Below are positions 13,621-25,900 of a stretch of 64,000 nucleotides of DNA, in pieces. Location of the stretch: the NCBI RefSeq assembly GCF_009914755.1, contig NC_060932.1. One strand, written 5' to 3'. The position numbers and the translations under genes were made by a program. Origin of the DNA: the human T2T-CHM13v2.0 reference genome, Homo sapiens. Every line of letters starts with the position of its first letter. The first letter of the stretch is position 1. The notes beneath the pieces were generated by a model, which saw nothing but the letters and a program-made list of their open reading frames with translations, had not been told where the DNA came from and searched no databases.

Positions 13621-14197
13621 GAGGCTAGCAGTAAACAATCATCTCAGAGATCCATTATGTTCCCAAAGCAACTCCCAGCTTTGGCTGTCGTCTTCAACAC
13701 CTTTAGTTCATCTGTTTTATGTTAGGGAATTACTGGAGATCCACCTTGGGCTAGAATCTTTGGGGAGTCGGTCCATATTGCTTTTTTCCCCCATCTTCAT
13801 AATTTAGATTGAGTTTCTAAAGGAAAGGGGAAAGGAGACTGCTGGCCAATGCCAGGGTTTTGGCTGCTGAAGTAACCTCCCTATTTGCCACACCCATGTT
13901 AGTCCAAGAGGAAGTCAAGGGGAATGAGAGAAGACTACATTCTTTTAGGAATTATTCTACGTGATCACCCCTTCAGTCACTCTTCTTTTGTGCCACAACC
14001 TCCCCTGCCCCACCTTACTCCCATATCACATCATCTGTGTGTATGCATAATCATTAAGTTTAAGTTTTATTCTCCATGGCTAATATATAACGCCTTATCC
14101 TTAAAACCCTTGCAGGAGACAGAGAGTTTTGGGAGATGGTAGAAGCTATAGTAGTACAGCAGTGCTATATTAAGATAAAATGTAATGTGTTTTTAGA

Positions 14198-16430
14198 AAT
14201 AAATTCAGTAAAGCTGCAGGATATAAAATCAACATATAAAAATCAGTTGTGTTTCTATACATCTATACACAGACCATGAACTATCAGAAAAGAAAATTAA
14301 GAAAACAATCCCATTTACAATAGCATCAAGAATAAACTACTTAGGAATAAACCAGAGGTAAAAGACTTATGTGCTGAAAACAACATAACATAGATGAAAG
14401 AAAAGACATAAGTAAATAAAAAGACATCTTGTGCTCATAAATTGGAAGACTTAATATTGTTCAAATGTGCACACTACCCAAAGTGACTAACAAATTCAAT
14501 GCAATTTCTGTCAAAATTACAATGGCATTTTTTGCAGAAATAGAAAAAAAATCCTATAATTTGTATGGAAACACAAATGACACAAAATAACTAAAGTAAT
14601 CTTGAGAAAAAACAAAAATGAAGGTATCACACTTTCTGATTTTAAAACATATTTCGTATCTGTAGTAATTGAAACAGTATAGTACTTACATAAAGACAGA
14701 TATACAGACCGATGGAACAGAATAGAGATCCCAGAAATAAAACCACACATATATAGTGAACTGATCTTTGACAAGGTTGCCAAAAATACATGATGGGGAA
14801 GGGATAGTGTCTTCAACAAATGATGTTGGGAAAACTCAATTACAACATGCAAAAGAATGAAATTGCACCCTTATTTTAAACCATACACAAAAGTCAACTC
14901 AAAATGGGTTAAAGATGTAAACATAAGATCTGAAACAGAAGAAACCATAGGGGGAAAACTTTACAGTATTGGTCTTGGCAATGATTTGTTTGATATGACA
15001 CCAAAAGCATAGGCAACATAAGCTAAAATGGACTAGTGGGACTACATCAAATTAAAAATCTTCTGCACAACAAGGGACACAATCAACAGAATAAAAAAGG
15101 CTACCTACATAATAAAGGAAAATGTTTGCAAACCATATATCTGATATGGGGTTAATATCTAAAATATATAGGGAACTTCTAAAAAAAACTCTAAAATCAA
15201 CAAAAACCCAAAACCTCTGAACCCAAATAACCTGGTTTAAAAAAGGGGCAAAGGGCTTGAACAGACATTTCTCCAAAAAAATATATTCAAAGGGCCAATA
15301 AGTATATGAAAAGATGCTCAATATCACTAATCATCAGAAAAATGCACCTGAAAAGCCACAATGAAATATCACCTCACACCTGTTAGGATGGCCATCAAAA
15401 ACAAACACACACACAAACAAAAAATAAGGGTCTCTGAGGTTGTGGAGAAATTGGAACCCTTACTCACAGTCACTGGGAATGTATAATGTTGCAGCCACTA
15501 TGGAAAATAATAATATGAAGTTTCCTCAATAAATAAGAAATAGAACAATGGGATCCAGCAATCATACTTCTAAGTATTTATCCTAAATAATATAAATCAG
15601 TATCTCAAAGAATATTTGCATTCCTGTGTTTATTGAAGCATTTTTCACAATACCCAAGATGTGGAAGTAGCCTAAACATTCATTAATGGATGAATGGATA
15701 ATGAAAACATGGTATATACATACAATGGAATATTATTCAATCTTAAAAAGGAAGGGGATCCTGCTGTCTTAGTCCATTCAGACTAATATAACAAAACACC
15801 ATAAACCAGGCTGCTGATACACAACAGAAATCTATTTCTCACAGTTCTAGAGGGTGGGAATCCAAGATGATGATAATGGCAGATTCAGTGTCTGGGGAGG
15901 GCCCACTTTCTAGTTCCCAGATGGTGCCTTCTTGTTGTGTCCTCACATGATTCTCTCTTGTGCCTCTTTTATAAGGACACCAATCTCATTCATGAGGACT
16001 CTGCCCTTATGAACTGAATCACCTCCCAAAGATGCCACCTCCTAATACTATCGCATTGGTGATTAGATTTAAACATGAATTGGAGGGGTACACAAACATT
16101 CAGACTGTAGCACCTTCCTACACTGCAACATGGATGAACCTTGAAGGCATTCTAAGTGAAATAAGCCAGTCACAAAAGGACAAATACTGCATGATTCCAT
16201 TCATACAAGGTGTCTAAAACAGTCAAACTGAGAAGCAAAAAGTAGAATGATAGTTGCCGGGGATTGTGGAGGAGGGGAAATAGTGAGTTGCTGTTGAGTG
16301 GGTATGAAGTTTCAGTTAAGCAACATGGAAAAGTTCTAAAGACCTAAACATTGTGCTGATAGTTAACAATACTATACACTCAGAAAAATTTCTTAAGAGA
16401 GTAGGTCTTATGTTTTTCACAATAAAAAAC
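14198..16430 (+). mobile_element. L1MA/L1MB 3' ORF2 and 3' UTR, interrupted by an MST LTR
   Basis: Degenerate ORF2 motifs (aaattcagtaaag, ggaagacttaatattg, cagaatagaga.cccagaaataa, atggatgaatggataa) and a poly(A) signal at the end. Confidence 0.9.
15765..16112 (-). mobile_element. MST-type MaLR solo LTR
   Basis: TG...CA ends and a 5-bp TSD cctgc/ccttc. L1 sequence resumes afterwards. Confidence 0.85.
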
Positions 16431-19124
16431 ATATAAAATGTAGTTTGTCACTATCCTCTATGATATGCGGAATTTAACTGAAATGGAAATCAGGGTATTA
16501 GAGTGGCCCTTTTTATGTCATATTGCTTTATTGGGTGTTTATACTTAAGCTAATTACTAATTAGTAACTGAGGCTTAGAAGCAGTGATAAGACTGGCCTT
16601 TGTAAGGCCTATAGACTTATTCTAATTGCTTTATAGTAGGATTGTATGTGGGAAATTGAGATTAAGAGAATTGCTTACAGCTGCAACATTTAGGCCCTGA
16701 CATCCTTTAATAATAGGTGACATGTCTTGAGAGCTTATGAAGTGTTAGGCACTATTCTAAGCACCATTCATTATCTCACTTGATAATTACAACAATACAG
16801 TAAGTTGGATGCTATTATAATTGTCCACCTTTTACACATAAGGAAACTGATTAAATCACTTTCCCAAAGTTATCTAGCTCATGAATGGCAGAACTGGGAT
16901 TCAAACCCAGGCCTTTCACCTACAAGGCTTGTAACTCTTAACCATCCAACTTTTCCCTCTCCTTGTCTGTTCTCTTCATTGCTTCCAAGAGCTGGGCTTA
17001 CCATCTACAAGCACTCTTCATCTGAGTACTGACATCTACTGTGGCCCCAGATGAATGCACAGTTGAGGTAGGCAATTTTAAACATTGTCTTATTCACTTT
17101 TAGTGGAACCCAGTTATAGGCCACATGCCACACTCAGGCTCTGGGTGTTTTAGTGAAGACCTCCCTTATTGAAGTCTAAGTCTCTTTTCTGGCAAGGATC
17201 ACAGAGCTTTGTCGTGTCTTTGGTGTCCTGGTTGAAGACCAGACTGCCTTTCTTCCACAGAGAACCACAGTCTCCTTTCCCCTCTGTGGACTCTGCTCCT
17301 CTGTTTTAGAAATGCTTAAGTCAATTGCTTCCCAAATCATGATGGAGCTTGTGATGGTTTTTGCAATGTACTGGGCGTTCCTTTATATTATTAGAATATA
17401 CACTGCACTGGAGAGGAACCAGTTGGACTTATTCACTGTTGCACCTTTATCACTAAGCCCATTGCTTGACATGGACTAGGAACATAATTAATATTTGTTG
17501 AATGAATTAATGGGAAGTTTCTCCGTCTTCTGTCTCACCTTAGAGGGCAGACCTCAGGTCAGGCTTCATCTCCTCTACTTTCATCATTTGCTCCTTGCCA
17601 CTGGGAAACTAACCATCCTCTTCTGGGTCTAAGTTTTAATAATGGCGACAGACAGGATGTGTCTACATTTAAACCTTCTCATTTATTCAGATGACACAGA
17701 GACTAAAGGTCTACTCCCTGACCAAATACCTTAATGTTTTAAAAATGTAATCTAGCTGATTTTATGCAGTGCATAAACAGACATCAGAATGAGACTAATG
17801 GATGACATTTACATAAACAGGCTATCAATATTAAAATAGCATGAAGGAATCTTTAAATGTAGCATTAATTAGAAACCTGAACTAATTTCATTATTAGGCA
17901 TTGATACCCTGGGAAAATGATCATACTTCTTGAAATGTGGAAATAAAAGTTTGTGAGATACTTTTTGTGTGAAGAGTAATACAAAAGTTTCATAATGTAA
18001 AGCAATATTTGATTTTTAAAATTATACTTTATAGCAATTACATATTTTACTTTGTCATTTTTAACAGCTTTTATGAGGTATAATTCACCTACAATAAAGT
18101 TCACGTAAGTGTATAATTCAATGATTTTTAGTAAATTGACAGAGTTGTACAATATCACATTTTAATTTTATAACACAATATGTCATTCTTAATGTACTTC
18201 ACATTAAGATCTGCTGTACAACATAATTAAAGTTGCTTATTTTAATTTCTCAATTCATTTATAAATGGCTGAAAGGACATTGAAGATTTTGGAAACTATT
18301 GATGAGGAAATTGAACAAAGAGCTTGCATTGGGTATTGGCTAGTGCAGTTGGTATGTTAACTTGCTGTGGGGAATCCTCTCATCTCTCACCCTTGGTGTG
18401 CACATTCTTATTATATCTTTGAGAAGCAAGTGCCTGATTAATTTCAACATGATAGGCTCTTGACAGGAGATGTCCCAGGAGAGGCAAAGCTGGGGAAGAG
18501 TGTGGATGGGAGTTAGGACCAACTGCTTCCCAGGAGCACATTTTCCAAAAGTAGTGCCTTTTCATGTATTGAGACTCATACAGATTATTGTGAAAGGATA
18601 GAACCTGTTTTATGAGCTCATTCCTGTGATTGTAAAAACTGGTCTAGGGAGATGAATCTTTAGTTATAGGGAGAGGGGAGTAAAGGATTGTGCCATGCTT
18701 TTACAGTAAGAATATTATATTAGTCAGAAAAGGCTAGTTGATGCTGCACAAACAAATGAGCAACAGATCTCAGATGCTCACAGCTACAAAGATTTGCTTC
18801 CCCTCATGTTACAAGCCCAATGCAGGTCAGTAGAGAGGCTCTGCTGATTCATTGTTACTATTCCTGCACCCGGGCTCATGCAGGCTCAGTTTCCACACAG
18901 GCTTTCATGGTTGCCACAGCAGGCAAAATCAGAGCTGTGGGATCTCACATTGGCATTTAAATACCTCCACCAAAAAGTAATTCATATGACTTTCGCTCTC
19001 AACCCATTGGGAAGAATTAGCAACATGACCACATCCAATTTCCAATCTCAAAAGGGCAGAGAAGTCCTCCCTTGTATCCAGAAAAAAAAAAAAAAAAGAT
19101 TAGAAAATCAGTGAATAACGGTAA

Positions 19125-19380
19125 AGGAACAGAAAATCAAATACTGTGTGTTCTCACTTATAAGTGGGAGCTAAACATTGAGCACATTATGTACATAAAG
19201 ATGAGAACCATAGACACTGTGGACTACTAGATGGGGGAGGGTGTGGGCTCCTATTGGGTACCATGCTTACTACCTGGATGACGGGATCCATACCCAAAAC
19301 CTCAACATCCCACAATATCCACATGTAACATACCTGTACATGTACCCCTTGTATCTAAAATAAAAGTTGAAATAAAAAAT
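19125..19380 (+). mobile_element. L1 (L1PB/L1PA-old) 3' end
   Basis: gttctcacttataagtgggagctaaac...aaaataaaagttgaaataaaaa. Confidence 0.85.
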
Positions 19381-20957
19381 CAGTAAAGATTATTACATAC
19401 ATAGCATCTAATGAAATGAAGGAAAACATCAACAATAAAAAAAATATTGAGATACCAAAATTCTAACATCAGAATTTCTTTTTAGTGAAAGAACTCTTTT
19501 CATTTGGGAAAATAATTTGATATGCATCTTGGGGTGAGGGTTAAGAACTAACAAACTGAGCAACCGATCTCCAGGTAGTTTAATCAGAATATATACAGGA
19601 TTTTTATCAGAATAAGAAGTTTTGGTGTTGCCATGATTGCATTTGAGATTCTTGAATCTAGTCTCCAAATTTGCATATGTAGTTTTGTCTTATGGGTTTT
19701 GGTAATTTTCATTTACTCCATTCTTTTACAGTTTTTATCATTCTTTCTCCATTTTACATGAGCCCAGATTTGTGTGACTCTAATGTGGTCAGCAGAGGAA
19801 CCAGTAGTTTATGCCACTAATTTCCATTCCTACTTCTTGAGCCTCAGACAGCACTAACATGTTAGGACTGTCTTTTTAGCTCAAGAGAAAAATTGACCAA
19901 ATATTTTTGTGAATGGAGATGTGTATGGGAAACTTGTGCTATTAGCAGGAGTGGCACTATGAGGGACCTCCATCAGCAGCATCTCTTGAGGTTGGAAAAT
20001 CAGTGTGGCTAGGATGCTTGGAAATGAAAAGCTTCCTGCTCCAGATTTTGCCAGGTGGTTGTGCCCTTTACTAATTTCAGCTGCAGTTACAAGAATGATA
20101 AAATGGAAAAATAAAGATCTGTGCAATGACTGAGAAAAGGCAATTAGTTTTGCACCAATGAGAAATAATGTAGAACTCCTCATGTCTCATAATAAATTGG
20201 TTCTCTCCATATATATTTAAGAATGCATATATACAGTACAAATGTACTTAAATTTAAATAGCACTAGAATAAAACATATTCTGCAAGTTTTAGTAAAAGA
20301 AGAGGCAATATAATTTCTGTATTTTAGGAAGAAAAAATTAAAATAGTATCTGTAATAAGAGGATCTGGGTGTATAATAATTGATCTAGTGAATGTCAGAG
20401 TTTTTTGTTTTCTCCCAGAATGCATCAGCTTCAACGATCTTCTCCTCTCTCTAGCTGTGTTTTCCCCCCTCGATGAAGCACAGAAGAAACTAAAACCTGC
20501 CAGTTAGCAATGCAATTTCAAGCTTAATATTCTTGCCAACTCCAAATATTATTTTTTTATGGCAAAAAACGTCCAATCAAGTGTAGCTTTTTCTCCATGT
20601 TAGTTGACTTGACAACTAGATCTCAAAGTACTTTGTGATTTTCTTTTTTATTTGATGAGGCAGAATTGCCTACATGATAACAGGCTGGTTTTATGTATGA
20701 AGTATTAATATGATAGTCTTTATTTATTAAGCAATTACTCTGAGCTTTATATATGAAATTTAAATTACTTCATTTAATTTTTATAAATATCTTAGAGAAA
20801 TTAGGATTAGAGAAAAATCATTTATCCCCATTTTATATGTAAGAAAACAGGTTCAGAAAGATTTTGATTACCCGGTTGGTGAATGGTACCCAAGTCTTCT
20901 GACTTCAAAGGCTTTACTCTGAATCACTCACTATGTAATGGCTTTCTCATCAGTACA

Positions 20958-21021
20958 TTCCATCCATCATCCACCAACCCATCCATCCATCCATCCATCC
21001 ATCCATCCATCCATCCATCCA
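20958..21021 (+). repeat. (CATC)n microsatellite at the end of an L2 fragment (approx. 21020-21410)
   Basis: Direct reading. Confidence 0.9.
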
Positions 21022-22852
21022 TTTATTGATTTATAAAAAATATATTCTTCACCCATGATATGCCAGATACCGTTTATGAAGAACTGGGGAGACAACAGTG
21101 TGGAAAGAGCTGAAGCCCCTAGCCACTAACAGCTTATATTCTCATAGGAGTAGATGAGATGAGAAACAAACAAAATTAAAGATGGAAGAGAGATAACAAT
21201 AAGGGTGCTGAAAGGAATGAAGAGCACAGTGTGGAAAGGAAAAACTCGAAATAGCTGAGCTCACTGTGCTTCTCACAGGGGGATCTAAGAGGGGCTGTCT
21301 GAGGAGGTGATATCTGGCAGGATGAGAATGCAGCATCTGTGTGCACAGTCAGCGGGAGAGCACATGTTCCAGGCAAAGGCGACAGTACTGGGGCATCTAA
21401 TAGCGCCATTTCCAGGTAACTGAAGCTTACTCTTGAGTGCCAATTTTAAAAGCAAAGTAGCCAGTTCAGTGGAAACTGTCTACAATTCATTACACACCAT
21501 ACTGCTTTCTAGAAGAGAGGCCACTGGACCTGTCCTTGGGTTTTTGTTTATGAGATTATCCACAGGTATATAAATGTATTCATTTTAGCTAAGCATCGCG
21601 TACCTAATTGGTACGCGTTCCAAATTATTTTTGAAACCTAGGAAAAAGAAGTCTCATGTGGAAGTTCTTAGGGAAAAATGATGGGCAGCTCATACTTATA
21701 ATTAGTCTTTTCACATTACTTAATGTTTTAACTTACTTTTTCTTTGGTAATCTTCCCATTTCCTCTTATCTACTGAATAATAAGCTGCTGAGTGTTTGTA
21801 AACACTATGCTGAAGAGCAATAACTAAAACTCTTCATGAAAGAGATCTGCAGTGTAGAGCAACAAATATAATATTGCCCTTAGGTTGTTGGAAGAGACAT
21901 TATTTCTTGTGCTCTGTCATTGTCTCTCACAATTAGACTAAGCAGGAAAAGATTCACCTTCTTGTGACATTTTCCTGAAAGACAGGAAAATATTTGAATT
22001 TATATGACAAAGTAAATGTTTCATTTTAAGTTGTCTAACTGTTCAGCACAATGTTATAAGTTTGTATCTGTAATTCCAGGCTCTGGAGAGTATTAAAGCC
22101 ATGAGAAATTATCAGATGATGTGTGGTGTGTGATGTTGTTTTTGATTGACAGAGTCAGATCTAATAATCCCAGGGGCTAAGATAGGTGTTTCTAATTTTT
22201 AGTGTTGATGCTGAAGGTAACTGGCCTGGAGGTATTTACTTTTTTCCTTCCTCCGTCTTTATTCTGGTTTTATGAATGAATTTATATACTTTAAGGATAA
22301 AATGTTGGCAATGCTGTGTGACATGTTGCTAGCTTGCAATGAGTTGTATATCACCCAGTACCAATGTATTTCTTTTCAAAGGCAATTCTCTCTTATATTA
22401 TAAATTCTCAGAGAGCAGAAGTTACATCTGTCTAAATTGCTTGAGTTTAGCATCAGCTTAGAGCTTAGCCATTAGAAGTAGGAGTTTTGTTAAGGCATAG
22501 ATAGAAGAGAACGTGGCGATTGTTGGGTTGAGCAATTACCTGAGTTATCTCCTAGGGCTCCTTGCTTTCTTCTTTCAGTTTTCTCCCAATGAAAAACCAC
22601 TTCTGTGAACTATAGTCTGTTTAATTTGCTAGTAAACAAGAAGTGAGTGAGAAGTGGGCATGCACTTGCTGACTTACGGGGAATTATGGCACAGCGGCCA
22701 CAAACATCACATCTTCCCAGTCCAGGAGGCAGAGGACTAGGAGTTTCCTAGCAGCTGCCACAGGAAAGGAAATAGTCTCATTATTGATGCTTCATTACTG
22801 ATGCTACCTTATAGTCACCAGACTGCTGTCTGTCAAATTTGGTATAAAAAGG

Positions 22853-22910
22853 CGTGTGTGTGTGTGCTTGTGTGTGCTTGTGTGTGCGCACGCACGCGTC
22901 TGTGTGTGTG
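22853..22910 (+). repeat. Imperfect (TG)n/(CG) alternating purine-pyrimidine tract
   Basis: Direct reading. Confidence 0.85.
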
Positions 22911-25900
22911 CTCATAAACACACAAAGAATTTGATAAAGACATTCAGAATATTCTTTTAAAAAATAATATGCTCCCTGTGTTATTGCCTAGGGTAAGAAG
23001 AAGACTTGCTGCCCACTGTCTACACTCTTGAAATTTAAAACACCTTGCTGAGCACATGTGTTACTTTTTAAATTAAAAAAATGTTAAAAGTTTTATTTAG
23101 CTGGCAGTTAATTGGTAGTACAATTTATTTATTTTAGCAAGAAATAACTTCTCAATCCTTAGCATAAATAGTGTACACAACAAAATACTTGGGAAGTGTT
23201 TCCTTTAGTATGAAGGAAAAAGGGGATTATTTTTACTGACAAGAGCTTTCTGAGGTTTCACAGTGGTATCATTCACTTTTTTTCTGGTTAGGAAATTGGG
23301 GCGGAAAGAAGCAAACATATTCAGTGACACACTGAAAATCAGTGAGAGGGAAAGAATTCGAACTCACAGCCTACAAATATACCAACTGAATGCATTCAGC
23401 ATGAAAACATGTTAGTTTCAGCAGTAACGTTAGTTAAAATGGGTGCTTGGGCTGGATTCAGGTGTCAGGTGTGCTAGTCTTGAGAAGAACTATCCTCAGA
23501 GCAGAATTTAATACACTGTTGGGTGGCAATTAGATAATCACATCTACCCAGCAAGGAGTTTCAGTTAGTAGCTAATGACTATGTTGAATAAAAGTAGAAT
23601 GCTCCAGGACTTTTCATCTGGCCAGTTAGCACTGCAATGGATGTGTTTGAGCAGACAATGAATCCGTTGTGCTCAAACTTTAGGACTAGTCAGTGTACCT
23701 CACTTTAGTTGGGAGCCTTGTGTTTATTAAAAAATTAGGAGAAATGACTGTATGGTATAAAGTGGATTAAAAATAAATATTCTTCATTTGTTGTCAGCAA
23801 TATCCATATAATGATGATTCTAAGAAGTGATGGAAAATTAGTATCCACTGGGACATCATTTTAATCATAGAATTGATTTCTACTTTTGTTTCCTTCCATA
23901 GGAAAAGTTCAAGGGATGTCTGAGTTTATTATTCACCAGGTTTCTTGGGAAACTAACTTGTGACTAGGAAATGCAAATTATTCCAAATTCCATTCTAACA
24001 ACTCTTATTAAAAATTTCATATTGCTTTGTCATATTGATTTTTCTTATATATATGTAATACCTAAAATAGGAAAACATTGTAATTGTGTCCTGATATTAT
24101 TTTTTAACAGTTTAATATGAAAGTTTAAAATGAAATTTTTATTTTGTGAATGATAACGTATTATATTTCTGGTGGAGACTCAGAGAATAATCTTTGCTTT
24201 AGATTCTGAATGGTAAAGGGGAATATTATCCTAGGTATATAAGGCTTTTAAAAATCTGTTGCTAAATACAATGTTTTCAATAATGTTTTGTGTTTGCTTG
24301 TTATAATTAAATAAACATTTTTGTTCTCTTTTGGAGTTAGCTGACTGCGAAGGAAATGGAAGCTCCTGTCATCTGCTCACTGATCAATATCTGGGTGACT
24401 TGGTCGAGAGTTTAGGGTTGCAAAAGGTGATAAGGTGCCTCACTTGTCTTCATTGGATACAGATTAAAATAACTCATCTCCTGATGGTAGTGGTGAGATT
24501 TGCGACAATTGGATTAGCAGCATTTTAAACTGTAGACTTACTGGAAGCAAATTCACTAATACCAAAAGAAGAGATGAATTAGTTGTAACGCCTTGTGGTT
24601 GTGCTTCCAAGCAGGAAAGACAGCTGCTGTCCCTTGATGCATTTTGGATTCAACGTGAAAAGCAACGGTTCAGTCTTTCATGGGAAAGCTCTGAGGAAGC
24701 TTTGTCTTGTCTCCTGGACTATCTCCTGAGAGAAAGTATTGTCAGCCAGGAGTCAAATAAAGCCAGGCCTGGAGATTCAGAGGAGACGATGAGCTTTGCC
24801 TTTGCTCTGTTGGTATTCATCTGGGAATGCTCTGTGAAAATCCATTTCCCAAAGATGAATTATGATCCCCTAAAACCTTTCACTGAAGGAAAATAAACAG
24901 TGCTCATGAAAATTAAATGGTGGCATTCCAGATAATGACAAGAGGGCTCTATTATTATTATTATTATTAAATTTGAGCATTTAATGTTTTAGTCTTCAGT
25001 GATGCTCTGTGCATTTATAGACCAAGGGGTTGGAATATTAGAAAGTATATTTTTGTCTACTTTTCTATTCTAATCTTTAAAATAATGGATAGGTTCTTTG
25101 TAATCCTCTCTTGCCTTTTTATATAAATAAAAAGACATATAGTTGTGAGATTATGAAGCCAAAAGGCCATTGTTTTGGAGTTTGTAAGAAATAACAACCA
25201 TATCTCACCTAGAGGGCGTTTTTGAGGGTTAATTAGTTCAAATTTGCAAGTGCTTGGAAAAAGAAGTGTGGTATATGGAGAAGAATTGAAGAAATATACA
25301 CTTCATAAACACTTCAAGCAGCTAGCCCCAATATTTCTCCCCCCAAAAATAATGCTAGTTCATTTTTCTGTCATTTATTTGCATCTATGAGACTTAATAA
25401 AATATTTCTTTTATTCTTTTAGTATCAATATTTTATCAAGTCTTTCTATTCTTAACAAATACAAATTGCATTTTCACCAGAACATTCCTATAGCTCAATC
25501 GCTTGAAAAATAGAAATAGTAAAAAAAATTACATGGTCCTAATTTATCAAGAAGGAAATAAACATCATATTGCTTTCGGTCCATTTTCAAGCAGTGTATA
25601 AAATATTGGAAATGGTTTGTGTTTTATACATATTTACTTTAGATTAAAATAAAATTTTCATAATGCTCTCTAAAATACAATCCAATTAAATTTCTAATGT
25701 CTTTGTTTTCACATTTCTAGATGAAACCTCTGAAATACTCACACTGTAGTAATAACCATAAAGCTACCTTGCTAAGAAAATACTACTCAACTTAGAAATA
25801 ATAAGATCTTTATAGTTATGTGAGAATGCATGAGTCCAGAATCTTTAGTGGGTGATTACACTGGTTGAGTTTGAATTGCCTCCCCTGTTGTGGAAGACAG

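Noticed and set aside
14517-15327. ORFs on the minus strand of the L1
   Set aside because: Antisense translations of decayed L1 ORF2, a common artefact.
25205-25220. CTCF-like cacctagagggcg
   Set aside because: Mismatches in the 5' core, and it lies in a probable MIR remnant; not supportable without ChIP data.
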